NCBI GenBank assembly: GCA_965248535.1
Contig: CBDFJR010000002.1
Coordinates: 288,001 to 352,000 of the forward strand
From: Phormidesmis sp.
GTDB lineage: Bacteria; Cyanobacteriota; Cyanobacteriia; Leptolyngbyales; Leptolyngbyaceae
Direction of reading: 5' to 3'
Length of the DNA stretch: 64,000 nt
In this document: positions 29,704-40,453 of the stretch, in pieces
Layout of the letters: the number at the start of each line of letters is the position of its first letter
Numbering within the stretch: the first letter of the stretch is position 1
Program-made: the position numbers and the translations under genes
The notes under the pieces: generated by a model
The model's input: the letters and a program-made list of their open reading frames with translations, nothing else
Told to the model about the DNA's origin: nothing
The model's database searches: none

Positions 29704-30870
29704 ATGCAAATCTACTTAGATTACAGCGCAACCACTCCCACTCGCCCAGAGGCGATCGCGCTGATGCAACAAGTTTTAGCCAAACAGTGGGGCAACCCGT
29801 CCAGCCTGCACGCTTGGGGGCAACAGGCAGCCACCTTGCTAGAACGGTCACGAGTTCAGGTCGCCCGGTTGCTCAATGCGCCGCCCGAAGCGATCGTGTT
29901 TACCTCTGGCGGCACCGAGTCAAATAATCTAGCCGTGATGGGGGTGGCGCAGCGCTATTCAACGCCGCAGCATCTGGTGATTTCTAGTGTTGAACACTCA
30001 GCGATCGCTGAGCCTATCAAGCTTTTAGAACAGTGGGGCTGGCAGGTGACGCGGCTAGCAGTAGATTCAACGGGGCGAGTCAATCCGATCGCGCTTCAGG
30101 CGGCTTTGCGCCCCAACACGGTGCTGGTGTCGATTATTTATGGTCAAAGTGAGGTGGGCACGATTCAGCCGATCGCGCACCTAAGCCAGATCACTCGTGC
30201 TCATGGAGCCTTGTTTCACACTGATGCGGTGCAGGTGGCAGGGCGGTTGTCGCTTGATGTGCAGCAGCTTGCGGTTGATCTCGTCTCTCTCTCTAGTCAC
30301 AAAATTTATGGACCCCAAGGAGCCGGGGCACTCTATATCCGGCCGGGTGTGGAGTTGGTGCCGCTTTTGAGTGGCGGTGGTCAAGAATCAAAGCTACGAT
30401 CGGGCACTCAGGCCCTGCCCGCGATCGCCGGGTTTGGTCTCGCGGCTGAGTTGGCTGCTCAAGAAATGACGATCGAAACGCCTCGCTTATTAAAACTCAG
30501 AGAGCATTTGTTTGAGCAGTTGGCTGATGTGCAGGGCTTGGTGCCGACAGGCGATCGCTGGCATCGCCTCCCTCATCATCTCAGCTTCTCTATGCAAAAC
30601 GCAGATGGCGACACGCTCAACGGCAAGATGTTAGTGCGGCACATGAATCTAGCAGGAATCGGCATCAGCGCGGGGTCTGCCTGTCATAGCGGCAAGCTAG
30701 TGCCGAGTTCGATTTTAGTCGCAATGGGCTACAGCGATCGTCTAGCCAAGTCAGGCATTCGCCTCACATTGGGACGCGACACCACCCTCGAAGACCTAGA
30801 CTGGACTGCAATGGTGCTTAAGCAAGTTCTCGCTCGGCTCACACCGCAGCCCGTGTTGCTCAACGTCTGA
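29704..30870 (+). CDS. Cysteine desulfurase (IscS/NifS-like)
   Basis: YLDYSATT, FTSGGTES, HTDAVQ, SSHKIYGP (PLP Lys), SAGSAC (catalytic Cys). Confidence 0.94.
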   Translation: MQIYLDYSATTPTRPEAIALMQQVLAKQWGNPSSLHAWGQQAATLLERSRVQVARLLNAPPEAIVFTSGGTESNNLAVMGVAQRYSTPQHLVISSVEHSAIAEPIKLLEQWGWQVTRLAVDSTGRVNPIALQAALRPNTVLVSIIYGQSEVGTIQPIAHLSQITRAHGALFHTDAVQVAGRLSLDVQQLAVDLVSLSSHKIYGPQGAGALYIRPGVELVPLLSGGGQESKLRSGTQALPAIAGFGLAAELAAQEMTIETPRLLKLREHLFEQLADVQGLVPTGDRWHRLPHHLSFSMQNADGDTLNGKMLVRHMNLAGIGISAGSACHSGKLVPSSILVAMGYSDRLAKSGIRLTLGRDTTLEDLDWTAMVLKQVLARLTPQPVLLNV

Positions 30871-30983
30871 TGAGCAACCCTAGCGACTCTAGGGTTATTC
30901 ATTAAGAATGCGGTGTCAACCGTATCTGCCACTTGTCGATTTAGCCTATCTTGATGTGATTCATCTCTCATGCGTCATCTTTT

Positions 30984-31793
30984 ATGCTTCATGGTTTCAT
31001 TCCGCCCGATCGCTTCTTTTCTTATTTAACGTGGACGGATATTCAGGCAATGCCGAACAAAGAAAATGTGGTGATTGTGCAGCCGATCGGGGCGATCGAG
31101 CAACACGGGCCCCACTTGCCGTTAGCCGTCGATGCCGCGATTAGTGTCGCAGTTTTAGGAAAAGCATTGAGCCAGTTAGATGCCAACATTCCCGCTTATG
31201 CGCTGCCCTGTTTAGAGTATGGGAAGTCAAACGAGCATTGGCACTTTCCGGGTACCATTACCCTCAGTGCTCAGACCCTAATCGCCGTGTTGATGGATGT
31301 AGCAGAAAGCGTCTATCGAGCCGGATTTCGCAAACTGGTGTTGATGAATTCTCACGGGGGGCAGCCGCAAATTATTGAGATTGTCGCCCGCGACCTGCAC
31401 CAAAAATATGAAGATTTCATCGTGTTTCCGCTCTTCACTTGGAAGGTGCCAAACCTACCGATCGAGCTTATTGCTCCCAAAGAATTAGCTCTCGGCATTC
31501 ACGCCGGAGACGCAGAGACCAGTCTGCTGCTGGCGATTTTGCCCGATCAGGTGAAGATGGAGCGAGCGGTAGCTGAGTATCCGCTTGATGAGCCGCGAGC
31601 CGGATTGTTAAGTATGGAAGGCGCACTGCCCTTTGCCTGGACAACGCGAGACTTGAGCAAAAGTGGGGTGTTGGGCGACCCACTGCCCGCTACTCAAGAA
31701 AAGGGCGATCGCTTGCTCAAAGCGCTGGCTGACGGGTGGGTTGAGGTGATCGAAGAAGTCTATAGGTTTCGACAGCCCCAAGCGTGGCGTTGA
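30984..31793 (+). CDS. Creatininase family protein
   Basis: GAIEQHGPHLP, SNEH, NSHGG, HAGDAETS. Confidence 0.92.
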   Translation: MLHGFIPPDRFFSYLTWTDIQAMPNKENVVIVQPIGAIEQHGPHLPLAVDAAISVAVLGKALSQLDANIPAYALPCLEYGKSNEHWHFPGTITLSAQTLIAVLMDVAESVYRAGFRKLVLMNSHGGQPQIIEIVARDLHQKYEDFIVFPLFTWKVPNLPIELIAPKELALGIHAGDAETSLLLAILPDQVKMERAVAEYPLDEPRAGLLSMEGALPFAWTTRDLSKSGVLGDPLPATQEKGDRLLKALADGWVEVIEEVYRFRQPQAWR

Positions 31794-31893
31794 TGACGAT
31801 CGCTTACAAATCATCTAGGTTTGTAACACGCAGCACTCCTGATGCTGAGAGTTCATTAAAATCGGGAGTTATAACACCCATTGGAGCAGTCAA

Positions 31894-32088
31894 ATGGCAG
31901 ACCTCACCTGTAGGGTTCCGATTCCGACCACGATTAAAGAACTTGATGAAGCGGTTAAACGGTTTCAAGTCAGCGATTTGGACGACTCTGAGATTTATTG
32001 TCAATGGCAGGCGATTCGCGACGCATCTTTAGAGCAGTTAGCGATCGAGCCTGACAAAAATCCGGTTGCGGGCAGCGATAGTTACTAA
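31894..32088 (+). CDS. Small acidic hypothetical protein (64 aa)
   Basis: ATG preceded by GGAG; fills the gap co-directionally; no motif recognised. Confidence 0.5.
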   Translation: MADLTCRVPIPTTIKELDEAVKRFQVSDLDDSEIYCQWQAIRDASLEQLAIEPDKNPVAGSDSY

Positions 32089-32142
32089 CCAGGTTTGGGG
32101 GATCGGGGATATGCTGGGGTTTCATTCCTGATCCTAAAAGCT

Positions 32143-32757
32143 ATGCCCGACGATCGCCAATTTGCCCCAGCGACTCAACGGAATCGAGAGCCAATTCTGG
32201 ATATTTTGCTGCAAGTTTTGCAGCCGACAGGCACCGTGTTAGAGATCTCTAGCGGCACAGGAGAACACGCAGTTTTTTTTGCGCCTCGACTTGCGCCCCG
32301 CCGATGGTTGCCGTCTGATCCAAATCCCGTTGCGCGGGCCAGCATTGCCGCATGGCGACAGGATCAACCCTGCGAAACGTTAGAAGCCGCGATCGCGATC
32401 GACGCTCGTGACCCAATTTGGACGATCGCGCCCGATCAGCAACGCTCGATTACGGCGATCGTCAATATCAACATGATCCACATAGCGCCTTGGTCAGCCT
32501 GTTTGGGGTTGATGAGCGGAGCCGGAAGACTGCTGCCCGTCGGTGGAGTGTTGTATTTGTATGGCCCCTTCAAGCAGGGCGGCAACCATACAGCGCCGAG
32601 CAATGCGGCGTTTGATAAGAGTCTGCAAGCCCAAAACCCAGCTTGGGGAGTTAGAGATTTAGAGGCGGTGATTGCGATCGCTCAAGGGCAAGGTTTAACG
32701 ATCGTCAAAACCTATGACATGCCAGCTAATAATCTTTCGGTAGTTTTGCGACGGTAA
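32143..32757 (+). CDS. DUF938 family SAM-dependent methyltransferase
   Basis: APATQRNREPI, LEISSGTGEH, NMIHIAPW, LYGPF, MPANN. Confidence 0.9.
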   Translation: MPDDRQFAPATQRNREPILDILLQVLQPTGTVLEISSGTGEHAVFFAPRLAPRRWLPSDPNPVARASIAAWRQDQPCETLEAAIAIDARDPIWTIAPDQQRSITAIVNINMIHIAPWSACLGLMSGAGRLLPVGGVLYLYGPFKQGGNHTAPSNAAFDKSLQAQNPAWGVRDLEAVIAIAQGQGLTIVKTYDMPANNLSVVLRR

Positions 32758-32983
32758 AGATGAAACTTTGATGCAACATTACGAAAGATATTTAAATATT
32801 GCGAAAGATTATCCTTTGAGAACTTCCTCACAACATCCTCATATTTAAGTTTTATCGTCACCCTTAATACACGCTGTATTGCCAAAACAACTGTTTTTTA
32901 ACACAAACACCACTCGATTTGTGAACGCATCCAAACTAGTTGTGTGAATCCGTGAAATTGTTATAACTTAGGACTTTAAAGCC

Positions 32984-33154
32984 ATGATTACATGCCCTTG
33001 TTGTTCGCATTCAATGCTGCGCCACATTCGCCACGGGTCAGTATATTGGTTTTGCCGCACCTGCTGGTCAGAGATGCCAGATATTCATTACTCGGTCGGA
33101 CGATCGGTTCAGGCTGTGCCGATGCTTAACACAGGCATTCTGGCTCATCGCTAA
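32984..33154 (+). CDS. 56-aa Cys-rich zinc-ribbon-like protein (not in the ORF track)
   Basis: MITCPCCSHSMLRHIRHGSVYWFCRTCWSEMP...; two CxxC pairs; AGGA upstream; TAA at 33152-33154. Confidence 0.8.
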   Translation: MITCPCCSHSMLRHIRHGSVYWFCRTCWSEMPDIHYSVGRSVQAVPMLNTGILAHR

Positions 33155-33190
33155 AAGTGACCAGACGATCGTGGCCCGCTTCACCTAGTG

Positions 33191-33979
33191 CTAGGTTGCT
33201 TTAATTTTGCGCTGGTGAAGCTTAGGTAGCCCCCACCAAGGGACATCTGGCTGTTCGTGATGCTCTTCGTGATAACCAAAGTGATAACAGGTGATAAATG
33301 ACCAAAAGATAGACCAATGGCTGCTCTGGGCGCGAGTTTCGTTGAGATAACCGCCCTTTGGCTCACGGTGAGGCAAGTAGGTGCCAAAGAGAAATAATTG
33401 TAGGGAACTGGCGATCGCAGGCACCACCCAAAACCAATTTAAATTCACTTCTGGAACGTGAAGCCCAATGCTAATGAGATTATAAATCGCCATCAAGCCA
33501 AACAGACGCATCCAACTCCAATAACGAAACATGAAATAGCCATACCAGGCAAAAAAGTTCTTGAATCTACCGTTGTGAAAATCTGGGTCAACGTCGCTGG
33601 CAGGCTGTTGATGATGCAGCCAATGGCTTCTCACCATCTTTTTATAATCAAATAACGCATAGGCGATTAACGCAAAAGAACCAACCCACTGATTGATTTT
33701 TGGATTGCCAGGAGCAATGGCCCCGTGCATGGCATCGTGTCCGGTAATAAACAATCCTGTATATAAGAACGTTTGCCAAACCGTTGCGGCGATGCGCCAC
33801 CCGATCGAAAGCTGAGAGATATCGATCGACAATAAAACAATCAAGCTGATAGCCCAAGTTCCGAGGATGCCAAAGGCGACCAAAACTCCCCGGTTGTAAG
33901 ATAAGATTCCTTCAACTCGTCTGACAGTGGTGCTAGAGACGGGCGCTGATGGCGCGAAAGTTTGGCTAAATTGAGTCAC
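33191..33979 (-). CDS. crtW: Beta-carotene ketolase CrtW (fatty-acid-desaturase family)
   Basis: His boxes HDAMH, HWLHH, HEEHH; TFLYTGLFIT, DPDFH, CYHFGYH; GTG 33979 with GGAG RBS. Confidence 0.88.
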   Translation of the reverse strand: MTQFSQTFAPSAPVSSTTVRRVEGILSYNRGVLVAFGILGTWAISLIVLLSIDISQLSIGWRIAATVWQTFLYTGLFITGHDAMHGAIAPGNPKINQWVGSFALIAYALFDYKKMVRSHWLHHQQPASDVDPDFHNGRFKNFFAWYGYFMFRYWSWMRLFGLMAIYNLISIGLHVPEVNLNWFWVVPAIASSLQLFLFGTYLPHREPKGGYLNETRAQSSHWSIFWSFITCYHFGYHEEHHEQPDVPWWGLPKLHQRKIKAT

Positions 33980-34042
33980 GCAGTTACTCCACAAAATGGC
34001 AAACGGGTATGACCAAGGTTTAATCACCTTGACCTTGAAATC

Positions 34043-34060
34043 TTTACAAATTTTAACAAG
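34043..34060. promoter_or_regulatory. HLR1-like (RpaB) direct repeat upstream of crtW
   Basis: TTTACAAA-TT-TTAACAAG versus consensus (G/T)TTACA(T/A)(T/A)-NN-(G/T)TTACA(T/A)(T/A). Confidence 0.5.
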
Positions 34061-34092
34061 CGCTTCGCTACAATACACCTTTCTATAGGCTT

Positions 34093-34293
34093 ATGGCTAC
34101 CGCTTGGAAATTATTAGAAGCCTTTGCCCAAGGACTTGGAAGCCTTAATTATTCAGCGCTGGCAATTCCTACAGACAGAGCGCCGCAACAGGTCAAGAAT
34201 TTAGTGCAGCAGCCACTGGCAGAGTATGGCTCGATCAACGTGCTAATCAACAACACCGGAATTTATGCGTCTGGCTCGGTCGATAGTTTCTAG
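34093..34293 (+). pseudogene. Short-chain dehydrogenase/reductase internal fragment
   Basis: ALAIPTD...YGSINVLINNTGI (NNAG-like); lacks TGxxxGxG and YxxxK. Confidence 0.7.
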
Positions 34294-34677
34294 CGCAAAT
34301 GCACAGACGTGAGCGTCGGCTTTGCCGATTTATCGATCGCCTCTAAGCGCCTGTTTCCTAATCTAAGGCAGTGGGTGTTTAGGCGTACCTTCGAGAACCA
34401 AGATTATGGCGCTTCGATCAAGTAGCTGCTAGAAACATAAATCGAAGTATGGGTAATGTAGAAACGAGCATTGACAGCCGAACTAAATCTGAAAATATGT
34501 GGAATGTTTTCGACTACCCTGCTAGTGCAGTATACTGTACAGGAAGCTTCCGTTCATCTACCATTTGAGGTGATATATAGCAACCTTTCGTATATTCGTA
34601 GGTTCTCAAACGATAAGTAGAAACGTTTAGCCCAGTACATAGTTATTCTGTTTACTAGCTGTTCCTTCAAGTGCTTT

Positions 34678-35202
34678 ATGGAGCCTAAAGAAAAAAGTAG
34701 CTCTGGTGGTTGTCTTGTTGGGATAGCTGCTGTCGTCGCCGCAGTTCTGGGTACTGGAGGAATCGCTGGGCTAATTTCACACAGTCCAACTCCAACCCCA
34801 ACTCCTTCTGTGTCTGTATCACCGTCACCCTCAGTGCCTACACAGAAGTATTGTTTTGGAATGAACTTTAAATACTACCCTGATCTGACTTTGCCTTCGC
34901 AAAAAAGTTTAAATAAATATAGAGGTGCAGCAGTTATCCTAGACTTTCTAGCAGACTATCCTGCAATCTCGTCTGGTTTATTGCAAGGTGATGCAGTTGT
35001 TTCTGTTGATGGTAATCCTGTCTTGGGCGAAAATACCCTTAAAGAAGCAGGAGATTATGTCACTGGTGGTCGCCCTATTGAAATGCATATAGTTCGACCG
35101 TCTAAGTACTCGCTTACTAAGTCAGGTTCAATGACGTTATTTCCTCCTTTCTCAGAGTACATATATACTGTCCCTGTAAAACTTTGTCCTTGGCACCACT
35201 GA
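34678..35202 (+). CDS. Membrane-anchored protein with PT/SV linker and PDZ-like domain
   Basis: N-terminal TM; PTPTPTPSVSVSPSPS; PAISSGLLQGDAVVSVDGNPV resembles a PDZ core; AT-rich. Confidence 0.65.
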   Translation: MEPKEKSSSGGCLVGIAAVVAAVLGTGGIAGLISHSPTPTPTPSVSVSPSPSVPTQKYCFGMNFKYYPDLTLPSQKSLNKYRGAAVILDFLADYPAISSGLLQGDAVVSVDGNPVLGENTLKEAGDYVTGGRPIEMHIVRPSKYSLTKSGSMTLFPPFSEYIYTVPVKLCPWHH

Positions 35203-35461
35203 TTAGAACTGCTCGTTAGGACGTTTCTATCGCTGATCTTGTAAGCTGATCGACACATGGAAATAAAACGTCTTTGTTCCACCTATAACTTTGACAATTG
35301 CCACCGTTTCAGCGCGATGGTAATATCGCCACAAACTCTGTTCCGCGCCAACTGCATAGCATTTCTTCGTTGAGTCCGAGAAGTTGATAGCAGTAGGTAA
35401 CCCTCTAGATGCACTTGCCCTGCCGCTAAGAAAAAGAACTCGTGCCCTGTTAAATAATTTC

Positions 35462-35683
35462 TCAAGCTTTTGCAGGCTTTAAAACTAGCCACCCAATGAA
35501 AAAGAATGCCGCAGTAAACAACTGCACAATTTCTAAGGCAGAAAGATAGCCATCAGAGAGAGTTGCGATCGAGCGATCGCCAATTCCAAATAGCCAAGAG
35601 GAAACGCCAAAGAGCCAAATCCCATTTTTGAGACTCATTAAAAACGCCATTGGGTCAGAAGTTTGGGGGGTCATATCAGTCAC
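35462..35683 (-). CDS. Small two-TM hypothetical membrane protein
   Basis: GIWLFGVSSWLFGIGDRSIA...QLFTAAFFFIGWLVLKP; two hydrophobic helices. Confidence 0.7.
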   Translation of the reverse strand: MTDMTPQTSDPMAFLMSLKNGIWLFGVSSWLFGIGDRSIATLSDGYLSALEIVQLFTAAFFFIGWLVLKPAKA

Positions 35684-35894
35684 TCTTTGGTTAGACCAGA
35701 TAGGTAAGTCAGTAAATTGAGCAGTCCATCCACCACTTGGTTTTATACATATTAAGAAATATTTTAACTTCTTGCCATATTTCCCAAGATGTACACCCTA
35801 GCTCTTTGACCTAGATCATAAAGTTTGTCAGCAACGCTTTTGGTAGGATTTAACGAGAAGCCGCTCCCCATCTCGCCCTTATCCTTACTAACTG

Positions 35895-37496
35895 ATGACC
35901 TATGCCATTGATTTTGGAACCAGCAACACTGTCGTCACTCGCTGGAACCCAGTCATCCAAAAGCCTGAAACGCTTTCTCTGCCGGGAATCTCGCTTCGAG
36001 CCGGACAGAATCCGCCGTTGATTCCTAGTTTGCTCTATGTTGAAAATGCTCAAAAAGGAACCGTGATCGTTGGGCAACAGGTGCGCGATCGGGCCCTCGA
36101 TCTAGCCACCGATGCGCGATTTTTTCGCAACTTTAAGCGGGGCATCGGCTCAAATGTGCAGGGTTTTTTGCCGGAGCTAGATGGCCAAACCGTCAACTTT
36201 GAGCAAGTCGGCGACTGGTTTTTGACTCAAATCATTACCCAACTCAAAGCGACCGATCCTGAGATTGCCCGATCGCTGGTCTTCACCGTCCCGGTTGATA
36301 GTTTTGAGGTCTACCGTCTGTGGCTGGGTCGAGTCTGCCAATCGCTTAACATTGACCAAGTGCGAATGTTAGATGAGCCAACGGCGGCGGCCTTGGGCTA
36401 TGGACTCAGCGATCGTCAAACGCTCTTGGTGCTCGACTTTGGCGGCGGCACTTTAGATCTGTCGCTCGTGCAGCTAGATGGCAACGAACAAACCAAAGCA
36501 AAACCCCTCGGATTCGTGCTCAAATGGGGGCAAAAATCCTTTGCTGAACAGTCCGGACAGCGCCCCAAAATTGCGAGAGTTTTGGCTAAGGCCGGACAAA
36601 ATTTGGGCGGCTCGGATATTGATCATTGGCTGGTTGATTACTTTGTTGAGACTCAAGGAATCTCAGCCACTCCGTTAATCTCTCGGCTGGCAGAACGGCT
36701 CAAAATTCAACTCTCGCTGCAACAGCAAGCGCAAGAAGTTTACTTCAACGACGAGACGTTTGAGAGCTATGAGTTGTCTCTCACCCGCAGCCAGTTTGAG
36801 CAGATTCTCACCGAGCACCAGTTTTTTGAAACTTTAGATGAGGCGATGGGGCAAGTTCTGCAACAAGCGCGACGACAAGGACTGGAGATCAAAGACATTG
36901 ATGCTGTGTTGCTCGTCGGCGGGACGGTACAAATTCCGGCGGTGCAGACGTGGGTGGGTCAATATTTTGAAGGGTCAAAGATTCGCTGTGAAAAGCCGTT
37001 TGAAGCGATCGCTCAGGGTGCTTTGCAACTCAGCCAAGGCATTCAGCTTAAAGATTTTCTCTATCACGGCTATGGCATTCGCTATTGGGATCGACGCAAC
37101 AACTGCCACAGTTGGCATCCGCTAATCAAAGCCGGACAGCCTTACCCGATGCAAAACTCGGTTGAACTGGTGCTGGGTGCGTCGCTAGACAGTCAGCCTA
37201 GCATTGAGCTAATCATTGGCGAACTCGGCACCGACACGGCTCAGACTGAAGTGTATTTTGATGGCGATCGCCTGATCACGCGCAGTCTTGCCAGCAGTCA
37301 AGCTCAGGTGCAGCCGCTCAACGATCGCGCCGGGGCCCGCAACATTGCCCAACTCGATCCTCACGGGTCACCAGGGAGCGATCGCATCAAGGTCCATTTT
37401 CAGGTAGACGACCAGCGCTTTCTTCGCATTACCGTTGAAGACTTGCTGACTGCCCGCACTCTCTTGGACGATCAGCCTGTGGTGCAACTGAGTTAA
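35895..37496 (+). CDS. Hsp70 family protein (DnaK-like, lacking canonical lid)
   Basis: IDFGTSNT, DEPTAAALGYG, DFGGGTLD, LLVGG. Confidence 0.92.
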   Translation: MTYAIDFGTSNTVVTRWNPVIQKPETLSLPGISLRAGQNPPLIPSLLYVENAQKGTVIVGQQVRDRALDLATDARFFRNFKRGIGSNVQGFLPELDGQTVNFEQVGDWFLTQIITQLKATDPEIARSLVFTVPVDSFEVYRLWLGRVCQSLNIDQVRMLDEPTAAALGYGLSDRQTLLVLDFGGGTLDLSLVQLDGNEQTKAKPLGFVLKWGQKSFAEQSGQRPKIARVLAKAGQNLGGSDIDHWLVDYFVETQGISATPLISRLAERLKIQLSLQQQAQEVYFNDETFESYELSLTRSQFEQILTEHQFFETLDEAMGQVLQQARRQGLEIKDIDAVLLVGGTVQIPAVQTWVGQYFEGSKIRCEKPFEAIAQGALQLSQGIQLKDFLYHGYGIRYWDRRNNCHSWHPLIKAGQPYPMQNSVELVLGASLDSQPSIELIIGELGTDTAQTEVYFDGDRLITRSLASSQAQVQPLNDRAGARNIAQLDPHGSPGSDRIKVHFQVDDQRFLRITVEDLLTARTLLDDQPVVQLS

Positions 37497-37505
37497 ACGC
37501 CACTA

Positions 37506-37537
37506 AGATCCCCGACTTCCCAAGAAGTCGGGGATCT
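37506..37537. repeat. Perfect 14-bp palindromic hairpin between convergent genes (REP-like/terminator)
   Basis: AGATCCCCGACTTC-CCAA-GAAGTCGGGGATCT. Confidence 0.85.
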
Positions 37538-37548
37538 GTTTGACCAGC

Positions 37549-38688
<1,140 letters not shown>

Positions 38689-38958
38689 TCAGAGATTGAC
38701 CTGCCTCTATCTTATTGATCTCTATCTTTGTTTTTCCAGTCGGTTTGTGTTAACTTTCTTGAGCTTTAACGGCGGCACTTTAACGAGTTTGCAGGGCTTT
38801 CAAGCATTGGTCTGAATCCTGCATCTTTACGTTTAAAGTCATTAGCTGAATCGCGATCGAGCCGTGATTGAATTTTGGTGATCTCAGGCATTGAAACCGT
38901 TGAATTGGGTTCGTCTATCTTTACGTTTCTTCACCCAATTTTTGTGAATCTTTACACT

Positions 38959-38985
38959 AAAAAGCGCCCTGACTATCAAGGCGCT
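38959..38985 (-). terminator. Rho-independent terminator after purQ
   Basis: Minus strand AGCGCCTTGA-TAG-TCAGGGCGC-TTTTT. Confidence 0.75.
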
Positions 38986-39011
38986 AATCCCTTAAGAGAG
39001 GATTTTTAAGG

Positions 39012-39710
39012 CTAGGCGATCGCCGCGATCGTGTCCAGCAGTCCCTCAAACAATCGCCGTCCGTCGGTGCCGCCCAACCTCTTGTCAGCCGCCCGTTCGG
39101 GGTGAGGCATCATGCCCAACACATTGCCCTGACGGTTGCAAATGCCCGCAATGTGATTCAGCGACCCATTGGGATTGCTAGACTGATCAGACTTGCCCTC
39201 AGCATTATAGTAGCGAAACAAGACTTGATCGTGGTCTTCAAGAGACTTCAACGTGTCGGCATCGGCGTAATAACTGCCTTCACCGTGGGCGATCGGCAGT
39301 GTGATCACCTCGTCAGTCTGATAGCCAGTTGTCCAGGGTAAATCAGTTCGCTCGACTTTAAGCGGCACCCGATCGCAGACAAAATGCAAATCTCGATTGC
39401 GAACGAGCGCCCCCGGCAGCAAGCCCGCCTCGGTTAAAACTTGAAACCCATTGCAAATTCCTAAAACAAACTTGCCCTGTTCTGCGTGTTTGATCGTGGC
39501 TTGCATGACGGGAGAAAATCGGGCGATCGCGCCGCATCGCAGATAATCGCCGTAGCTAAACCCACCGGGCACAATCACCACATCAATATCAGACAAATCA
39601 CTGTCTTCATGCCAAATCATGCGAGTCGGCTGACTGAGCAACCCTTGGGTCACCCAAACCACATCACGATCGCAGTTCGACCCCGGAAAAACTACTACCC
39701 CAAATTTCAT
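39012..39710 (-). CDS. purQ: FGAM synthase glutaminase subunit PurQ
   Basis: [31 protein letters not shown]. Confidence 0.97.
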   Translation of the reverse strand: MKFGVVVFPGSNCDRDVVWVTQGLLSQPTRMIWHEDSDLSDIDVVIVPGGFSYGDYLRCGAIARFSPVMQATIKHAEQGKFVLGICNGFQVLTEAGLLPGALVRNRDLHFVCDRVPLKVERTDLPWTTGYQTDEVITLPIAHGEGSYYADADTLKSLEDHDQVLFRYYNAEGKSDQSSNPNGSLNHIAGICNRQGNVLGMMPHPERAADKRLGGTDGRRLFEGLLDTIAAIA

Positions 39711-39796
39711 GCTGCGCCCAACTCTTAGCTTGGATTGAGAGTGCCGTTACTCTATCATTTCGCCGTCGCCAGATCTTAGAGAACTTGGACTGACGA

Positions 39797-40453
39797 CTAG
39801 GAAATTTCGGCTGAGGCCCGAACGGCTTCTGTGTCTGCGATCGCGCTTTGAGTCACCGCAGCTAGCGCCTCGGTTTGAATTTCGCGTTCTTGAATCAGCA
39901 ATCCGCCTAGATGAATAATTGCTAACCCAACCGCCGCGATCGACACCAAATAGCTGTGAAGCGCATAGAGATGTTCGACGCTGACCGTGCCCAGCGCCCC
40001 GCCCCCCGTCAGCGCATCTTTTAGCTGAGGGCCAATGAGCGGAATCGCCTCGATCGTGCCCAGTTCGATCTTGAGTCGCCAAAAACCAAGCTGACTCCAG
40101 CCCAAAAGCATCGCAGTCCAAGCCAGCCCGATCGCTGACAGCGTGAACAAAATGCCACTCACCCAAGCCGTGAGCCAACTGCGACGAAATCGCTCACCCA
40201 AAAACATCACCACGATTTGAATCAACCCTACGCCAATCACCCAATTGCCCGCTAGGTTGTGCATTGTGTGAATCAGCCAACCATAGGGGATGGCAGTGTC
40301 GATCGCTTTGAGAGATGTGTAGGCACCGCTCGCCGACGGCTCATAATAAAACGCCAAAAGAACGCCGCTACTAGCTGCAATCAGCGTCAACGTCAGGGTT
40401 GCCACCGCTAAAATCGTCGATAGTCGTCTCAAGATGAAGGAGGAGTCTTTCAT
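39797..40453 (-). CDS. Cytochrome b/b6 N-terminal-domain protein (PetB paralogue)
   Basis: LAFYYEPS...AYTS, GWLIHTMH, LTAWVSG, WSQLGFW, AIPLIG, LYALHSY. Confidence 0.85.
   Translation of the reverse strand: MKDSSFILRRLSTILAVATLTLTLIAASSGVLLAFYYEPSASGAYTSLKAIDTAIPYGWLIHTMHNLAGNWVIGVGLIQIVVMFLGERFRRSWLTAWVSGILFTLSAIGLAWTAMLLGWSQLGFWRLKIELGTIEAIPLIGPQLKDALTGGGALGTVSVEHLYALHSYLVSIAAVGLAIIHLGGLLIQEREIQTEALAAVTQSAIADTEAVRASAEIS

Noticed and set aside
34545..34580. glnA-type glutamine riboswitch (CGTTCATCT word)
   Set aside because: The downstream GACGGAAGTA-like core and pairing are absent
35283..35492. 69-aa minus-strand ORF
   Set aside because: Overlaps the end of the membrane-protein gene and has no recognisable motif
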